From Enterovibrio sp. (lineage in GTDB: Bacteria > Pseudomonadota > Gammaproteobacteria > Enterobacterales > Vibrionaceae), in assembly GCA_042096095.1 (NCBI GenBank), contig JBELME010000002.1, positions 1 through 54,462 on the forward strand: a stretch of 54,462 nt of DNA. Direction: 5' to 3'. The translations under genes were made by a program, and so were the position numbers. The notes under the pieces are model-generated. The model had not been told where the DNA came from, ran no database searches, and saw only the letters and a program-made list of their open reading frames with translations. This document shows positions 12,151-23,370 of the stretch, piece by piece. Each line of letters starts with the position of its first letter. Position 1 is the first letter of the stretch.

Positions 12151-13634
12151 TGCTCTCCCTCCAACAACATTCGCACTGTGTCTCTGTCTGAATAATCAAT
12201 GGTGCCCGATGCCAATACTTGATAATCCTCATGCCCTTTACCTGCCAACAGAATCACGTCGTTAGACGCTGCATGCTCAAAGGCATAACGACAAGCGTCT
12301 GCGCGGTCATGCAACACAATCGCGTTATCAGGCGCGGTCATACCCGCGAGCATGTCTGACACGATGATTTCAGGAGATTCAGAGCGGGGATTGTCGTCAG
12401 TAAGAATCGCTTTGTCTGCGAGCGTTTCAGCGATACTCGCCATCATTGGGCGTTTACCCGTATCGCGATCGCCACCACAACCGAAAATGCACCACAACGC
12501 GCCTTCGCAATGACGACGCAACGCGGTAAGCGCTTTATCAAGGGCGTCGGGCGTGTGAGCATAATCAACAACAAGCATAGGTTTGTCAGCGCGATGAAAA
12601 ACTTCCATGCGTCCGATAACGGCTTGAAGTTGCGGTGCAACGGCAAGAAGTTCAGATTTGTCGTAGCCAAGCCCTAACAAGGTTGTCAGGCTCAACAGTA
12701 AATTCATGACGTTAAATTCGCCCACCAGCGGCGCGGTAAATTCACCGTCCCCCCAGTCGGATGAAAAAGCGATGGTGACGCCGCTGGTCGCGTAGCTCAC
12801 GGCGGTTAGCCATAACTTACGGCCTTGATGCGCAACCACACCTTCTTCAGACATAGAAACAGCAATGGCTTCAGGCATAGAGCCTAACCACTGTGCACCG
12901 ACGTCATCATCCGCATTGATCACAGACACTGGCGAACCGTAGTGGGTAAACAAACGCAATTTTGCTTCTGCGTACGCTTCCATGGTGCCGTGGTAATCAA
13001 GGTGGTCGCGACTAAGGTTAGTGAAGATAGCCGCATCAAAATCAACGGCTTTCACGCGGTCTTGAATCAAACCGTGTGACGACACTTCCATGGCAACATG
13101 GGTGGCTCCTGCAACCTTAAAGGCGGCGAGTTGCTGCTGTATATCAACGGCGCTGCCCGTGGTATTCAGAGCAGGCTCTAATGCATCAAGAAATCCATTA
13201 CCCGTCGTTCCCATGACCGCAGCGCGACCCTGCATGAGGTCTATCCACTGCGCGATAAGCTGGCTCACGGTAGTTTTACCGTTCGTCCCTGTAACACCAA
13301 TGGTGGTCATGCCTTTACTTGGCGCTTGATAGAAGCGAGCGGCAATGTCTGAAAGTGTTGATTTAAGGTGAGGGAAGGCAACCACAGGTACGTTATCGTG
13401 CAGGGTGAGACCAAATTGCCCAGCGGTATCGCCGTCATCCGAAATAACAGCGACCGCACCGGCGCGGATCGAGTCGGCAATAAAACGTCGCGCATCAAGG
13501 CTATGGCCTTGAACCGCGATAAAAACATCACCTTGCTGGATCTGACGATTGTCCAGCGCAAGGCCAGTGATGTGTTGCTCCGGCGCGCCATCAAACCAAG
13601 GCGCTAACAATTCTTTGAAACTCGTATTCGGCAT
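12147..13634 (-). CDS. murE: UDP-MurNAc-dipeptide--meso-DAP ligase
   Basis: GVTGTNGKTT, MEVSSH, DYAHTPD, DNPR (meso-DAP specificity motif), AGKGHE. Confidence 0.98.
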   Translation of the reverse strand: MPNTSFKELLAPWFDGAPEQHITGLALDNRQIQQGDVFIAVQGHSLDARRFIADSIRAGAVAVISDDGDTAGQFGLTLHDNVPVVAFPHLKSTLSDIAARFYQAPSKGMTTIGVTGTNGKTTVSQLIAQWIDLMQGRAAVMGTTGNGFLDALEPALNTTGSAVDIQQQLAAFKVAGATHVAMEVSSHGLIQDRVKAVDFDAAIFTNLSRDHLDYHGTMEAYAEAKLRLFTHYGSPVSVINADDDVGAQWLGSMPEAIAVSMSEEGVVAHQGRKLWLTAVSYATSGVTIAFSSDWGDGEFTAPLVGEFNVMNLLLSLTTLLGLGYDKSELLAVAPQLQAVIGRMEVFHRADKPMLVVDYAHTPDALDKALTALRRHCEGALWCIFGCGGDRDTGKRPMMASIAETLADKAILTDDNPRSESPEIIVSDMLAGMTAPDNAIVLHDRADACRYAFEHAASNDVILLAGKGHEDYQVLASGTIDYSDRDTVRMLLEGEQ

Positions 13635-15385
13635 CAGTTCTGCCTGTCCGTATGTGCAAGTTGTAACGAAGGTTGTTTCGCGTCTGGCGCGATATTTAGA
13701 ATTTGTAATGCACTTTTCATGACCTCAGAGAACACAGGCGCTGCCACTTGACCGCCGTAATATTTGTCACCCTGAGGTTCATTGATCACCACCACCAGCG
13801 CAATCCGAGGATCGCTGATTGGCGCAATGCCTGCGGTGTATCCGATGTACTCATCGCCGTAACCGCCCGCTACGGCCACTTTCGCTGTACCGGTTTTCGC
13901 ACCGACACGGTAGCCATCAACAGCAGCACGGCGGGCACTGCCGCCTTCTTGCGTGACCGCTTCCAACATGTCGATGACTTTACGTGTGTTTTCACGCGAG
14001 GCCACTTGCTTACCCGGCACGATGGCTTCGGTTTTCAAAATCGACAACGGACGATTCACACCAAGGCCTCCCAGCACCGCGTAAGCACGCGCCAATTGTG
14101 CTGGCGTGATCGACAATCCGTAGCCAAATGATAAGGTTGCGCGCTCGAAGTCCGACCAGCGACGGCGAGAAGGATACAGGCCTAGGGATTCCCCGACCAG
14201 ATTGACACCTGTCGCATCACCGATACCAAAACTACTGTAAAGACCCAACAAGGCTTCGACAGGCATAGAGAGCGACAATTTACTCACACCGATGTTGCTG
14301 GATTTTTGAAGAATTTTGCGAAGGTTGGCTTTACCTGCTTTCGATACGTCACGCACTTTCGCGCCGCCAATCGACATCACGCCATTACCTGTATCAATCA
14401 CCGTGCTTTCGTCTGCGACACCGTTTTCCAATGCTGCTAGCACAACCAAAGGCTTGATGGTTGAACCTGGCTCAAACACGTCGGTAATCGCACGGTTACG
14501 CATTTTGAAGCTTTTAAGATCGGCGCGATTGTTCGGGTTATAGGAAGGAGCGTTGACCATGGCCAATACTTCACCCGTGCGTACATCAACCATCACCAAC
14601 GACCCCGAGGTCGCGCGATAGTCCGCCACGGCTTGTTTGATGGCACGATAAGAAATTGCCTGCAAACGCTGATCAATACTCAACTGCAGCGGCTTACCTT
14701 CCTCTCTTGCTTCGAGGGAGATGTTTTCCACCACCCGGCCGTATCTGTCTTTGCGCACGGTACGACGGCCAGGCTCGCCACTCAACCAGCCATCATACCC
14801 GCGCTCAATGCCTTCAAGGCCGCGGCCATCAATTCCTGTTACGCCCACAAGGTGAGCACTGACTTCCCCCGCAGGATAAAAACGGCGAGATTCGTCTTTC
14901 ATGCCAATGCCCGCCAGTTTCAACCCTTTGATGTAAGACGACATCGCAGGCCCAACTTGGCGTTGAAGGTAGATAAAGCGTTTGGTTTTGTTTCTTTCGA
15001 TGCGTTCAAGCATCTCTTGTCGGTCGATACCTAGCACATCCGCCAACGCATACCAGCGCGGCTTGTCTTGCAGTTTATCATTTTTGAAGATGGTGGCAGG
15101 ATCGGCGTACACCGCTTGAACAGGCACACTGACCGCTAAAGACTCGTCGTTTCTGTCGGTGATCATGCCACGTGCTGACGGCATGGCTTTGACACGTACA
15201 GAACGCAAATCGCCTTCGTAACGAAGGCGGTCTGGTTCGATAACTTGAATATAGGCTGCGCGAGCAATGAGGGCCATCAGGGCTAAGGAAATACAGAAAC
15301 AAACCGTCACGAAACGCCACTTAATAAAGGTTGGCGCTTGCTTCTTGGCTCGCTGATTACCGGCTTTCTTTTTTCCCTTAAACAC
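13634..15385 (-). CDS. ftsI: Peptidoglycan D,D-transpeptidase FtsI (PBP3), GTG start
   Basis: SxxK (STIK), SxN (SSN) and KTG motifs; N-terminal TM helix. Confidence 0.97.
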   Translation of the reverse strand: MFKGKKKAGNQRAKKQAPTFIKWRFVTVCFCISLALMALIARAAYIQVIEPDRLRYEGDLRSVRVKAMPSARGMITDRNDESLAVSVPVQAVYADPATIFKNDKLQDKPRWYALADVLGIDRQEMLERIERNKTKRFIYLQRQVGPAMSSYIKGLKLAGIGMKDESRRFYPAGEVSAHLVGVTGIDGRGLEGIERGYDGWLSGEPGRRTVRKDRYGRVVENISLEAREEGKPLQLSIDQRLQAISYRAIKQAVADYRATSGSLVMVDVRTGEVLAMVNAPSYNPNNRADLKSFKMRNRAITDVFEPGSTIKPLVVLAALENGVADESTVIDTGNGVMSIGGAKVRDVSKAGKANLRKILQKSSNIGVSKLSLSMPVEALLGLYSSFGIGDATGVNLVGESLGLYPSRRRWSDFERATLSFGYGLSITPAQLARAYAVLGGLGVNRPLSILKTEAIVPGKQVASRENTRKVIDMLEAVTQEGGSARRAAVDGYRVGAKTGTAKVAVAGGYGDEYIGYTAGIAPISDPRIALVVVINEPQGDKYYGGQVAAPVFSEVMKSALQILNIAPDAKQPSLQLAHTDRQN

Positions 15386-15697
15386 TTATTGGCTCACTAT
15401 GATTTCGCGCTTGCTGTCAGGACGAATCATCTCCTGATCCTGTCGCGCCATACCTTCGACGCGACTGTGTTCTGATAGAGCATGCTCTTCAAGAAGCTGA
15501 TTTCGCCACTCAACCTCAAGACGTTCCCGCTCCATGAGCAATTGGTCATTGCTTGCAATCACTGAACGCGTTTGCTGTGTGGTGTAAACCACTCCCAGTG
15601 CCGAGAGCAACACCAGGACGAACAAAATCAATGGGACCTTACCCACAGTGATAAGGTCATACGCTATTTGTTTTGTCAGTCCCGGATTAGACGACAT
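15386..15697 (-). CDS. ftsL: Cell division protein FtsL
   Basis: 103 aa; one TM helix, then coiled coil EWRNQLLEE...HSRVE; between rsmH and ftsI. Confidence 0.93.
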   Translation of the reverse strand: MSSNPGLTKQIAYDLITVGKVPLILFVLVLLSALGVVYTTQQTRSVIASNDQLLMERERLEVEWRNQLLEEHALSEHSRVEGMARQDQEMIRPDSKREIIVSQ

Positions 15698-16650
15698 TAG
15701 TCACCAAGCTTCTCAGCGACACGAAGCACGGAGCTGCGTGAACGCGTGTTATCAGATACTTCGGTATCAGAAGGCTTCAAGGCTTTGCCGACTGGCTTCA
15801 TAGCAGCACGACCCAAGGCGCGGATCTGTACTTCAGTCAGTGGCACACCGTGTGGCACATCTGGTCCTTTACTTTGTTTGCGAATGAAACGCTTCACTAA
15901 GCGATCTTCCAACGAGTGGAAACTGATCACGGACAAACGCCCTTCCGGTGCAAGCACATTCAGTGCGCCTTGCAGTGCCGTTTCGATCTCATCCAACTCA
16001 CTGTTGATGTAAATACGAATGGCTTGGAAGCTGCGCGTTGCTGGGTGTTTCTTTCTGTCACGAGACGGCGCTGCATTCGCAATCAAATTTGCTAACTGCA
16101 ACGTGCGCGTAATGGGCTCTTTTTCTTCGTCTTCACGATGGGCAACAATGGCGCGCGCTATGCGTTTCGCAAAACGTTCCTCACCAAAGACTTTCAAAAC
16201 CCAAGAAATGTCATCCGCATCGGCTTCTTGAAGCCATTGCGCGGCAGAAACACCTGATGTTGGATCCATACGCATATCCAGCGGGCCGTCACGCATGAAG
16301 CTAAAACCACGCTCAGGATCATCCAACTGCGGAGAAGACACGCCCAGATCCAACAATACGCCGTCGATCTGACCGCTGAGGCCGCGCTCTTCAATGTATT
16401 GTTGAATGCCAGAAAAAGGCCCATGAATGATGCTAAAACGCGGGTCCTCGATCGTTGCCGCCTCAGCAATGGCTTGAGGATCGCGGTCGATGCCGTAAAG
16501 ACGGCCGTTTTCGCCTAGGCGAGACAAAATTTGGCGACTATGACCACCACGGCCAAATGTACCATCGACATAAATGCCATCGGGTTTGATCGCCAAACCA
16601 TCAATGGATTCATGGAGAAGGACGGAAATGTGTGAAAACTGCTCTGACAT
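15697..16650 (-). CDS. rsmH: 16S rRNA m4C1402 methyltransferase
   Basis: [29 protein letters not shown]. Confidence 0.98.
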   Translation of the reverse strand: MSEQFSHISVLLHESIDGLAIKPDGIYVDGTFGRGGHSRQILSRLGENGRLYGIDRDPQAIAEAATIEDPRFSIIHGPFSGIQQYIEERGLSGQIDGVLLDLGVSSPQLDDPERGFSFMRDGPLDMRMDPTSGVSAAQWLQEADADDISWVLKVFGEERFAKRIARAIVAHREDEEKEPITRTLQLANLIANAAPSRDRKKHPATRSFQAIRIYINSELDEIETALQGALNVLAPEGRLSVISFHSLEDRLVKRFIRKQSKGPDVPHGVPLTEVQIRALGRAAMKPVGKALKPSDTEVSDNTRSRSSVLRVAEKLGD

Positions 16651-16662
16651 AATTTTGATTAC

Positions 16663-17121
16663 CTAAAGCGAAAGTGCGTTGAGTCTATCACTCAACGCCT
16701 CTGCTGAATCGGCTTGAAGTTGAATATCGTTATCGATTTGCTGCTGCCACTTCTCGTTATTCCACAGCTCAAACTTATTGAGCTGTCCTACGAGCATCGC
16801 TTTACTGTCTAACCCAGCGTAATCACGCAACGTTGGCGCGATCAAAATGCGCCCCTGACCATCCATCTCACATTCGAAGGCATGACCAAGCAACAAACGT
16901 TGAAGACGTCGCTCTGCAGGGTTTAAGCTCGATAAGCGCGCAAGCTTCGCTTCAATGCGCTCCCATTCAGGCAAAGGGTATAGCAACAAACAGGGAAGCT
17001 GATGGTCTATGGTGCAAACAAACACGCCATCGCACAGCGCATCGAGTTCTTCTCGATAACGTTTTGGCAATGCCACTCGACCTTTCGCGTCAAGTGAAAT
17101 GGCGGATACGCCCCTTAACAT
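16663..17121 (-). CDS. mraZ: dcw transcriptional repressor MraZ
   Basis: 152 aa; two DxxGR repeats (DAKGR, DGQGR); first gene of the dcw cluster. Confidence 0.97.
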   Translation of the reverse strand: MLRGVSAISLDAKGRVALPKRYREELDALCDGVFVCTIDHQLPCLLLYPLPEWERIEAKLARLSSLNPAERRLQRLLLGHAFECEMDGQGRILIAPTLRDYAGLDSKAMLVGQLNKFELWNNEKWQQQIDNDIQLQADSAEALSDRLNALSL

Positions 17122-17150
17122 GCAGTTTGAATCCCTTTCACACCAGAATA

Positions 17151-17176
17151 TCCCACTTTATTCCACAATTTCCCAC
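17151..17176 (-). promoter_or_regulatory. MraZ operator: three phased direct repeats
   Basis: Minus strand GTGGGA, GTGGAA, GTGGGA at exact 10-bp spacing, immediately downstream of the -10; matches the known TGGGN/GTGG MraZ boxes. Confidence 0.85.
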
Positions 17177-17180
17177 TAGA

Positions 17181-17210
17181 AGTGTACGTATCAGGCAAAA
17201 AGAAAGTCAA
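17181..17210 (-). promoter_or_regulatory. Sigma70 promoter of mraZ/dcw
   Basis: Minus strand TTGACT-N18-TACACT. Confidence 0.7.
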
Positions 17211-17344
17211 GCAGGCGAACAGCGCAATACTGCGAAATGCGCAGCGATCGCGTCGCGAATTCAACAGCTTGAGCACCAGAAAATACTGCTCACTTTTTAA
17301 CCGCATGATATTCCAGATGGCGAATTGTCGAATTTGATGGTCAA

Positions 17345-17379
17345 TAAAACGAAAGAAGGCGAGCTAATGCTCGCCTTCT
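17345..17379 (-). terminator. rnpB terminator
   Basis: Perfect 11-bp stem AGAAGGCGAGC/GCTCGCCTTCT, followed on the minus strand by TTCGTTTTATT. Confidence 0.8.
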
Positions 17380-17387
17380 GGGTATGA

Positions 17388-17761
<374 letters not shown>

Positions 17762-17798
17762 GGCGGCGGATTATATAGAACTCACCACCAGTAATCTA
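17762..17798 (-). promoter_or_regulatory. rnpB promoter with a GC-rich discriminator
   Basis: Minus strand TAGATT-N17-TATAAT followed by CCGCCGCC. Confidence 0.65.
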
Positions 17799-17815
17799 GC
17801 GTTTCACGCGACTTA

Positions 17816-18676
17816 TTACTCTAGATTGTCCAATCCCCACTTATAGAGGGCATTTTTCTTTACGCTATACAGCTCAGCGGCAATTGCAGCGGCTTTTTTC
17901 AATGGCAACTCTTTCGCAATCAATGCAACGGCATTCGTCGCTTCAACCGGCAAATCGTCTTTCTCTGCACGGTGACCCGCAATCAATAGCACCATTTCAC
18001 CGCGAATGCGGTTGCTGTCTTCGCCAAGCCACTCAATGAGCTCACCCAGCGGCGCACCATGAATGGTTTCGTACGTTTTCGTCAACTCACGCGCCAACAC
18101 CACCATACGCTCGGCACCCAACACGGCGAGCATGTCATCTAGCGTGTCGGTAATACGGTGTGGTGATTCGTAGAAAATCATGGTGCGTGGGTCTTGCGCG
18201 ACTTCGGTAAAGCGATCACGACGTCCTTTGCTCTTTGGCGGCAAAAAGCCTTCAAAGCTAAAACGAGCTGATGGCAATCCTGATGCACTCAGTGCAGTGA
18301 TCACCGCACAAGGTCCTGGCAAGGGCACAACTTTTACACCAGCCTGACGACAACGCGTAACTAAGTGGTAACCTGGATCAGAGATCAGCGGCGTGCCCGC
18401 ATCAGAAACCAGCGCAATAGTTTGTCCAGAGACTAACTTTTCGATCAAGATGTCTGCTTTTTGCTGCTCGTTATGGTCATGCAGCGCAAAAGTTCGGGTC
18501 GTGATACCAAAATGCGACAGTAGTCTTCCTGTATGACGGGTATCCTCGGCAGCGATGATGTCAACTTGCTGCAAAATTGATAATGCACGCTGGGTGATAT
18601 CTCCCAGGTTTCCGATCGGTGTCGGCACGATATATAAAGTTGAGACGTCAACCATGGTTGAAGTTTCATCAGTCAT
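17816..18676 (-). CDS. rsmI: 16S rRNA Cm1402 2'-O-methyltransferase (alternative GTG start at 18685)
   Basis: [35 protein letters not shown]. Confidence 0.97.
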   Translation of the reverse strand: MTDETSTMVDVSTLYIVPTPIGNLGDITQRALSILQQVDIIAAEDTRHTGRLLSHFGITTRTFALHDHNEQQKADILIEKLVSGQTIALVSDAGTPLISDPGYHLVTRCRQAGVKVVPLPGPCAVITALSASGLPSARFSFEGFLPPKSKGRRDRFTEVAQDPRTMIFYESPHRITDTLDDMLAVLGAERMVVLARELTKTYETIHGAPLGELIEWLGEDSNRIRGEMVLLIAGHRAEKDDLPVEATNAVALIAKELPLKKAAAIAAELYSVKKNALYKWGLDNLE

Positions 18677-18731
18677 TTGTTTCACAACCCTTCGGCGATT
18701 AATATAGAGGGCAACAAGTTACGGACAGAAG

Positions 18732-20573
18732 ATGTTCATGCGTAAAATAACCCATAAGTGCAAAAGTGTATCACGAGTTATCTCTCCAATCGCCCTAGCA
18801 TTGGCGCTTTCGGCGTGTGTGACCACTCCCCCCGCTCCTAAGGAGCCTCAGTATGACATCACGGCTCCTGCGCTTGAGTCGTCAACGTTCTACTTATTGA
18901 AAGCCGAAACCTCTGCTGGCGAAGAGAAAGCAGATTGGTATTTACTGGCATTAAAAGCATTAATTGTAGAAAAAAAATTCGCGCAAGCGGATGTTTTGAT
19001 TGGTCGTTTGGCAAAACTGCCACTCACACCAGTGCAACTGTCAGAATGGCAGCTAAACCGTGCCGTGTTGCTTCAACAAAAAGAGCAACCACAAGCGGCA
19101 GTCGACAGTTTGAACTTTTTACCCAATTGGCAATTACCTACGCTTCAATATCAGCGTTATTACCAATTAAAGGGTGAACTGTACGAACAAGTCGGTAATC
19201 TTTCCGGTGCGGTGCTCTCGTACACCGAAGCGTCGCCTTACCTGACGGACAGTTTCGACAAACAACAAAACTGGGATCGTGTATGGGACTTGCTGGTTAA
19301 AATGCCATCGACCCAATTGAATGCACTGTCTACCAGTGGCAATCAAACATTGAATGGTTGGGTAGCGCTTGTCACTTTACTGCGCCAACATGCAGGTAAC
19401 CCCGCCCTCCAACAAGAGGCGCTGAATAACTGGTTAGCCGCAAACCCAGGCCACCCTGCCAATACCTATTTGCCAACAAACCTTGAAACACTGCAAGCGA
19501 TGGAAATCGTTCGTCCTGACCGCATTGGTGTCCTTTTACCATTAAGCGCGAAATTTGCAGCTCAAGGTGAAGCCATTCGAAATGGGTTTGTGCAAGGTCT
19601 GCTCGATGATGAATCTGGCGTGTCTCAGCCTTCTGTGATGTTTTATGACACCAATGGCCAGTCAATGACTGACATCGTTGCGCAAATGCAAGCTGATGGC
19701 ATTCAGTTCGTCATTGGCCCGCTCCAAAAAAACAAAGTGGACGCGTTTTTAAGCGCCAGCCAAAACACACTACCGACACTCGCACTTAACATCCCGAAAG
19801 ATGAATCGTCGATGGGTAGCACGTGTTTCTTCACGCTCTCGCCAGAACAAGAAGCAGAACAAGCCGCCCTTCATATTGCGCAAAATAACCACAAGTTCCC
19901 GCTTGTGATTGCACCAAACAATGGATTCGGTAAACGTGTCAGCGACGCCTTCTCAAAAGAGTGGGAAGAAGAAACGGGCGAAAAAGCGGAAACCGAGTTC
20001 TTCAAGAACCGTGCGGCGATGCAAAAAACGGTACAACGTGTCTTTGGCTTAACAGAGAGCCAAGGCCGTATTCAGCAAATGAACCAAATCCTTGGTTTGG
20101 ATATGGAAGCTGAGCAACGTAGCCGTCGTGATATTGATGCGGTTTACCTGGTTGCGAATGCCGGTGAGCTGACCCTGTTGAAGCCGTTCATTGAAGTGGC
20201 GATCAACCCAGATGTACAACCACCTAAGCTTTACGCGAGCTCTCGCAGTAACAACCGTATTAACGGTGTCGGTGAAGTGGGTGAACTACGTGGCATCGAA
20301 TTCAGTGATGTCCCTCTGTTGGTCGAAAACAACCACCCAGCTGCTGCGCGTTTCCATCAGCTTTGGCCTGGTCTCGATAACGGTATGACACGACTTTACG
20401 CACTGGGCATGGATGCGTATTCCCTGATTGAAGCACTGCCTCAAATGCAGGCGCTGCCAGAATACCGTTTCGAAGGTCAGTCTGGTGAACTATCGTTAGG
20501 CGAGCAGTGCACGGTGAACCGTACGGTCTCTTGGGCGATGTTTGGAGACCAAGGTATTGTTTCTGTTAAATAA
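18732..20573 (+). CDS. lpoA: PBP1A activator lipoprotein LpoA (LppC family)
   Basis: Lipobox LSAC; VLLPLS, IGPL, FTLSPEQEA, RLYALGMDA; divergent from rsmI. Confidence 0.93.
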   Translation: MFMRKITHKCKSVSRVISPIALALALSACVTTPPAPKEPQYDITAPALESSTFYLLKAETSAGEEKADWYLLALKALIVEKKFAQADVLIGRLAKLPLTPVQLSEWQLNRAVLLQQKEQPQAAVDSLNFLPNWQLPTLQYQRYYQLKGELYEQVGNLSGAVLSYTEASPYLTDSFDKQQNWDRVWDLLVKMPSTQLNALSTSGNQTLNGWVALVTLLRQHAGNPALQQEALNNWLAANPGHPANTYLPTNLETLQAMEIVRPDRIGVLLPLSAKFAAQGEAIRNGFVQGLLDDESGVSQPSVMFYDTNGQSMTDIVAQMQADGIQFVIGPLQKNKVDAFLSASQNTLPTLALNIPKDESSMGSTCFFTLSPEQEAEQAALHIAQNNHKFPLVIAPNNGFGKRVSDAFSKEWEEETGEKAETEFFKNRAAMQKTVQRVFGLTESQGRIQQMNQILGLDMEAEQRSRRDIDAVYLVANAGELTLLKPFIEVAINPDVQPPKLYASSRSNNRINGVGEVGELRGIEFSDVPLLVENNHPAAARFHQLWPGLDNGMTRLYALGMDAYSLIEALPQMQALPEYRFEGQSGELSLGEQCTVNRTVSWAMFGDQGIVSVK

Positions 20574-20925
20574 GAAACAAACTGGCGATCTCTTTGAAAA
20601 AGAAGCGTGCCGCTATCTACAGCGGCACGGTTTAACCCACTTAGGCAGCAATGCGCGCTTCAAACAAGGTGAGCTCGACCTCATCATGCGAGACGGCGCT
20701 TGCATTGTTTTCGTCGAAGTAAAGTTTCGAAAGCAATCGTCATTCGGCGGTGCCGCTGCGGCCATCTCTCCTCAAAAACAACAACGCTTGTTGCGTGCAG
20801 CCTACCTTTGGCTCTCGAATAAGGGGTTATCTGCGACCAGCACAGAATTTAGATTTGATGCCGTGACTTTTGACGGCGGTGTAAACGCTGTAAACTGGAT
20901 AAGAAACATTTTAACCGAAGGGTAG
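20542..20925 (+). CDS. yraN: YraN family (UPF0102) endonuclease-like protein; start uncertain
   Basis: GELDLIM, VFVEVK, RFDAV; position after lpoA. Confidence 0.92.
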   Translation: METKVLFLLNKKQTGDLFEKEACRYLQRHGLTHLGSNARFKQGELDLIMRDGACIVFVEVKFRKQSSFGGAAAAISPQKQQRLLRAAYLWLSNKGLSATSTEFRFDAVTFDGGVNAVNWIRNILTEG

Positions 20926-21522
<597 letters not shown>

Positions 21523-21537
21523 TTTAGGAGAGTTGTG

Positions 21538-22098
21538 ATGCTCAAGAAGGCGCTTTTTTTAACAGGTGTGTTGGCGCTCAATGCCTGTTCAGTCGTGTAT
21601 GAACAAGACACGCGCAGTGCAAAAACAGAATGGACGGACACACAGCTTTCAATGGAAGTAGCAGGCATTGCCAATAAAGCGCCTTACCAAGGAAGCACAC
21701 GCATCAATGCCGCGAGCTACGACGGCAGGATATTGCTTGTTGGGCAGGCATCGAGTAACGAACTCAAGCAATCTCTCGTCAGTAAAGTACGCGAGCTTGA
21801 AGGCGTGGAAACGGTTTACGATCAAATCCGCATCAAAGAGCCACTGTCTCTGGCCGATGTGAGTAAAGACACATGGCTAACCACGAAAGTGAAATCTGCA
21901 CTGATTGGTAGCAAGAAGCTGCGAGACGTGAGCGTCAAAGTCATCACGGAAGACGGAGAAGTCTTCCTGCTCGGGTACGTCACACGTGAGCAAGGTAATG
22001 AAGCCACCGAAATCACGCGTAACCTTAGCGGCGTAAAGCAGGTCATCAAAGGCTTTCAATATTACGAGCCTAGCGAGTCGCCTGCAGCCGCGGAGTAA
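21538..22098 (+). CDS. dolP: Dual BON-domain lipoprotein DolP (YraP)
   Basis: Lipobox LNAC; DTWLTTKVKS and VITEDGEVFLLG BON motifs; AGGAG SD. Confidence 0.9.
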   Translation: MLKKALFLTGVLALNACSVVYEQDTRSAKTEWTDTQLSMEVAGIANKAPYQGSTRINAASYDGRILLVGQASSNELKQSLVSKVRELEGVETVYDQIRIKEPLSLADVSKDTWLTTKVKSALIGSKKLRDVSVKVITEDGEVFLLGYVTREQGNEATEITRNLSGVKQVIKGFQYYEPSESPAAAE

Positions 22099-22138
22099 TC
22101 TCTCTACGCAATGTGCACAATGGAAACATTGAGCGTAT

Positions 22139-22168
22139 AAAAAAAGCAGCCAGTTGGCTGCTTTTTTT
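22139..22168. terminator. Bidirectional terminator between convergent dolP and sspB
   Basis: AAAAAAAGCAGCCA-GT-TGGCTGCTTTTTTT. Confidence 0.9.
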
Positions 22169-22646
22169 ATTTAACGATTGTTAGCGTCGGTCTTGGCCTT
22201 GGCGGTTCTTCGTCTAGGGTCTTATCTTGGCTTTCACTACATGTTGATGTGTAGCTTTCAGGCTCAGAAGTTTCGCGAGACTCAATAATCGCATCCACAT
22301 TCGCCAACTCTGCTTGGTAAGCAGGCTCTGGGTCAAACATGGTGCCAGCACCGTTTTCACGGGCGTAAATTGCGAGTACAGCGTACATAGGTACGTTGAC
22401 TTGCATTGGTCGGCCACCAAAACGTGCATTAAAGGTCACGTCGTTGTTGCCGAGCTCAATGTTGCCCACTGCACGTGGTGCAATATTCAATACAATCTGA
22501 CCGTCCTGAACATATTCCATAGGAACATTCACGTACGGTAGGGTTACATCGACCACCAAGTGTGGCGTCAAATCGTTATCAAGAAGCCAGTCGTAAAACG
22601 CCCGCAATAAATACGGACGTCTTGGCTTAAGGTTTTCTTCGCTCAT
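22167..22646 (-). CDS. sspB: ClpXP adaptor SspB
   Basis: PRRPYLLRAFYDW, AIYARENG; C-terminal XB-like RPTLTIVK. Confidence 0.97.
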   Translation of the reverse strand: MSEENLKPRRPYLLRAFYDWLLDNDLTPHLVVDVTLPYVNVPMEYVQDGQIVLNIAPRAVGNIELGNNDVTFNARFGGRPMQVNVPMYAVLAIYARENGAGTMFDPEPAYQAELANVDAIIESRETSEPESYTSTCSESQDKTLDEEPPRPRPTLTIVK

Positions 22647-23284
22647 TACTGACCAGCTAGACGCATCTCGCGTTCTGCTTCGGTCAATGAAGCTAAAAAC
22701 GAATCTCGTTCGAAAACACGTGCCATGTACGTTTTCACTTCTTTTGCACCTGGACCGCTTAGCTCAATACCCATAACAGGCAAACGCCATAGCAGTGGTG
22801 CAAGGTAGCAATCTACCAAGCTAAATTCTTCACTCATGAAGAATGGGTATTCCGCGAATACGGGAGCAAGTGCCAGCAGTTCTTCACGTAGTTGACGACG
22901 TGCTTTATCTGCTTCTTCAGCGTTCCCTTTTTCGATTTTCTCAACCAAGGTGTACCAGTTACGCTCAATGCGGTACATCATCAAACGGCTGTTACCACGA
23001 GCAACCGGGTAAACAGGCATCAACGGTGGATGCGGAAAACGCTCATCTAAGTATTCCATGATGATATTCGCGTTATACAACGCCAATTCACGGTCAACCA
23101 GAGTAGGAACCGAATTGTATGGATTCAGGTCTAGTAAATCCTCTGGTAGGTTATTTGGATCAACAAGCTCAATCTCGTAGGTAACACCTTTCTCAGCAAG
23201 AACGATGCGCACCTGATGGCTATACATGTCTGATGCGTCAGAATACAACGTCATCACCGAGCGTTTATTGGCAGCAACAGCCAT
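22646..23284 (-). CDS. sspA: Stringent starvation protein A
   Basis: MAVAANKRSVMTL, ERFPHPPLMPVYP. Confidence 0.98.
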   Translation of the reverse strand: MAVAANKRSVMTLYSDASDMYSHQVRIVLAEKGVTYEIELVDPNNLPEDLLDLNPYNSVPTLVDRELALYNANIIMEYLDERFPHPPLMPVYPVARGNSRLMMYRIERNWYTLVEKIEKGNAEEADKARRQLREELLALAPVFAEYPFFMSEEFSLVDCYLAPLLWRLPVMGIELSGPGAKEVKTYMARVFERDSFLASLTEAEREMRLAGQ

Positions 23285-23312
23285 TAACCCCTCCAGAATA
23301 TTTCATCATTAG

Positions 23313-23343
23313 AAAAAACAATGGGAGCTCATGCCCCCATTGT
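23313..23343 (-). terminator. Terminator of petABC
   Basis: Minus strand ACAATGGGGGC-ATGA-GCTCCCATTGT-TTTTT; the G-U pair works only on the minus strand. Confidence 0.7.
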
Positions 23344-23370
23344 GGATCAGCAACTCACTAGATTAACCGA

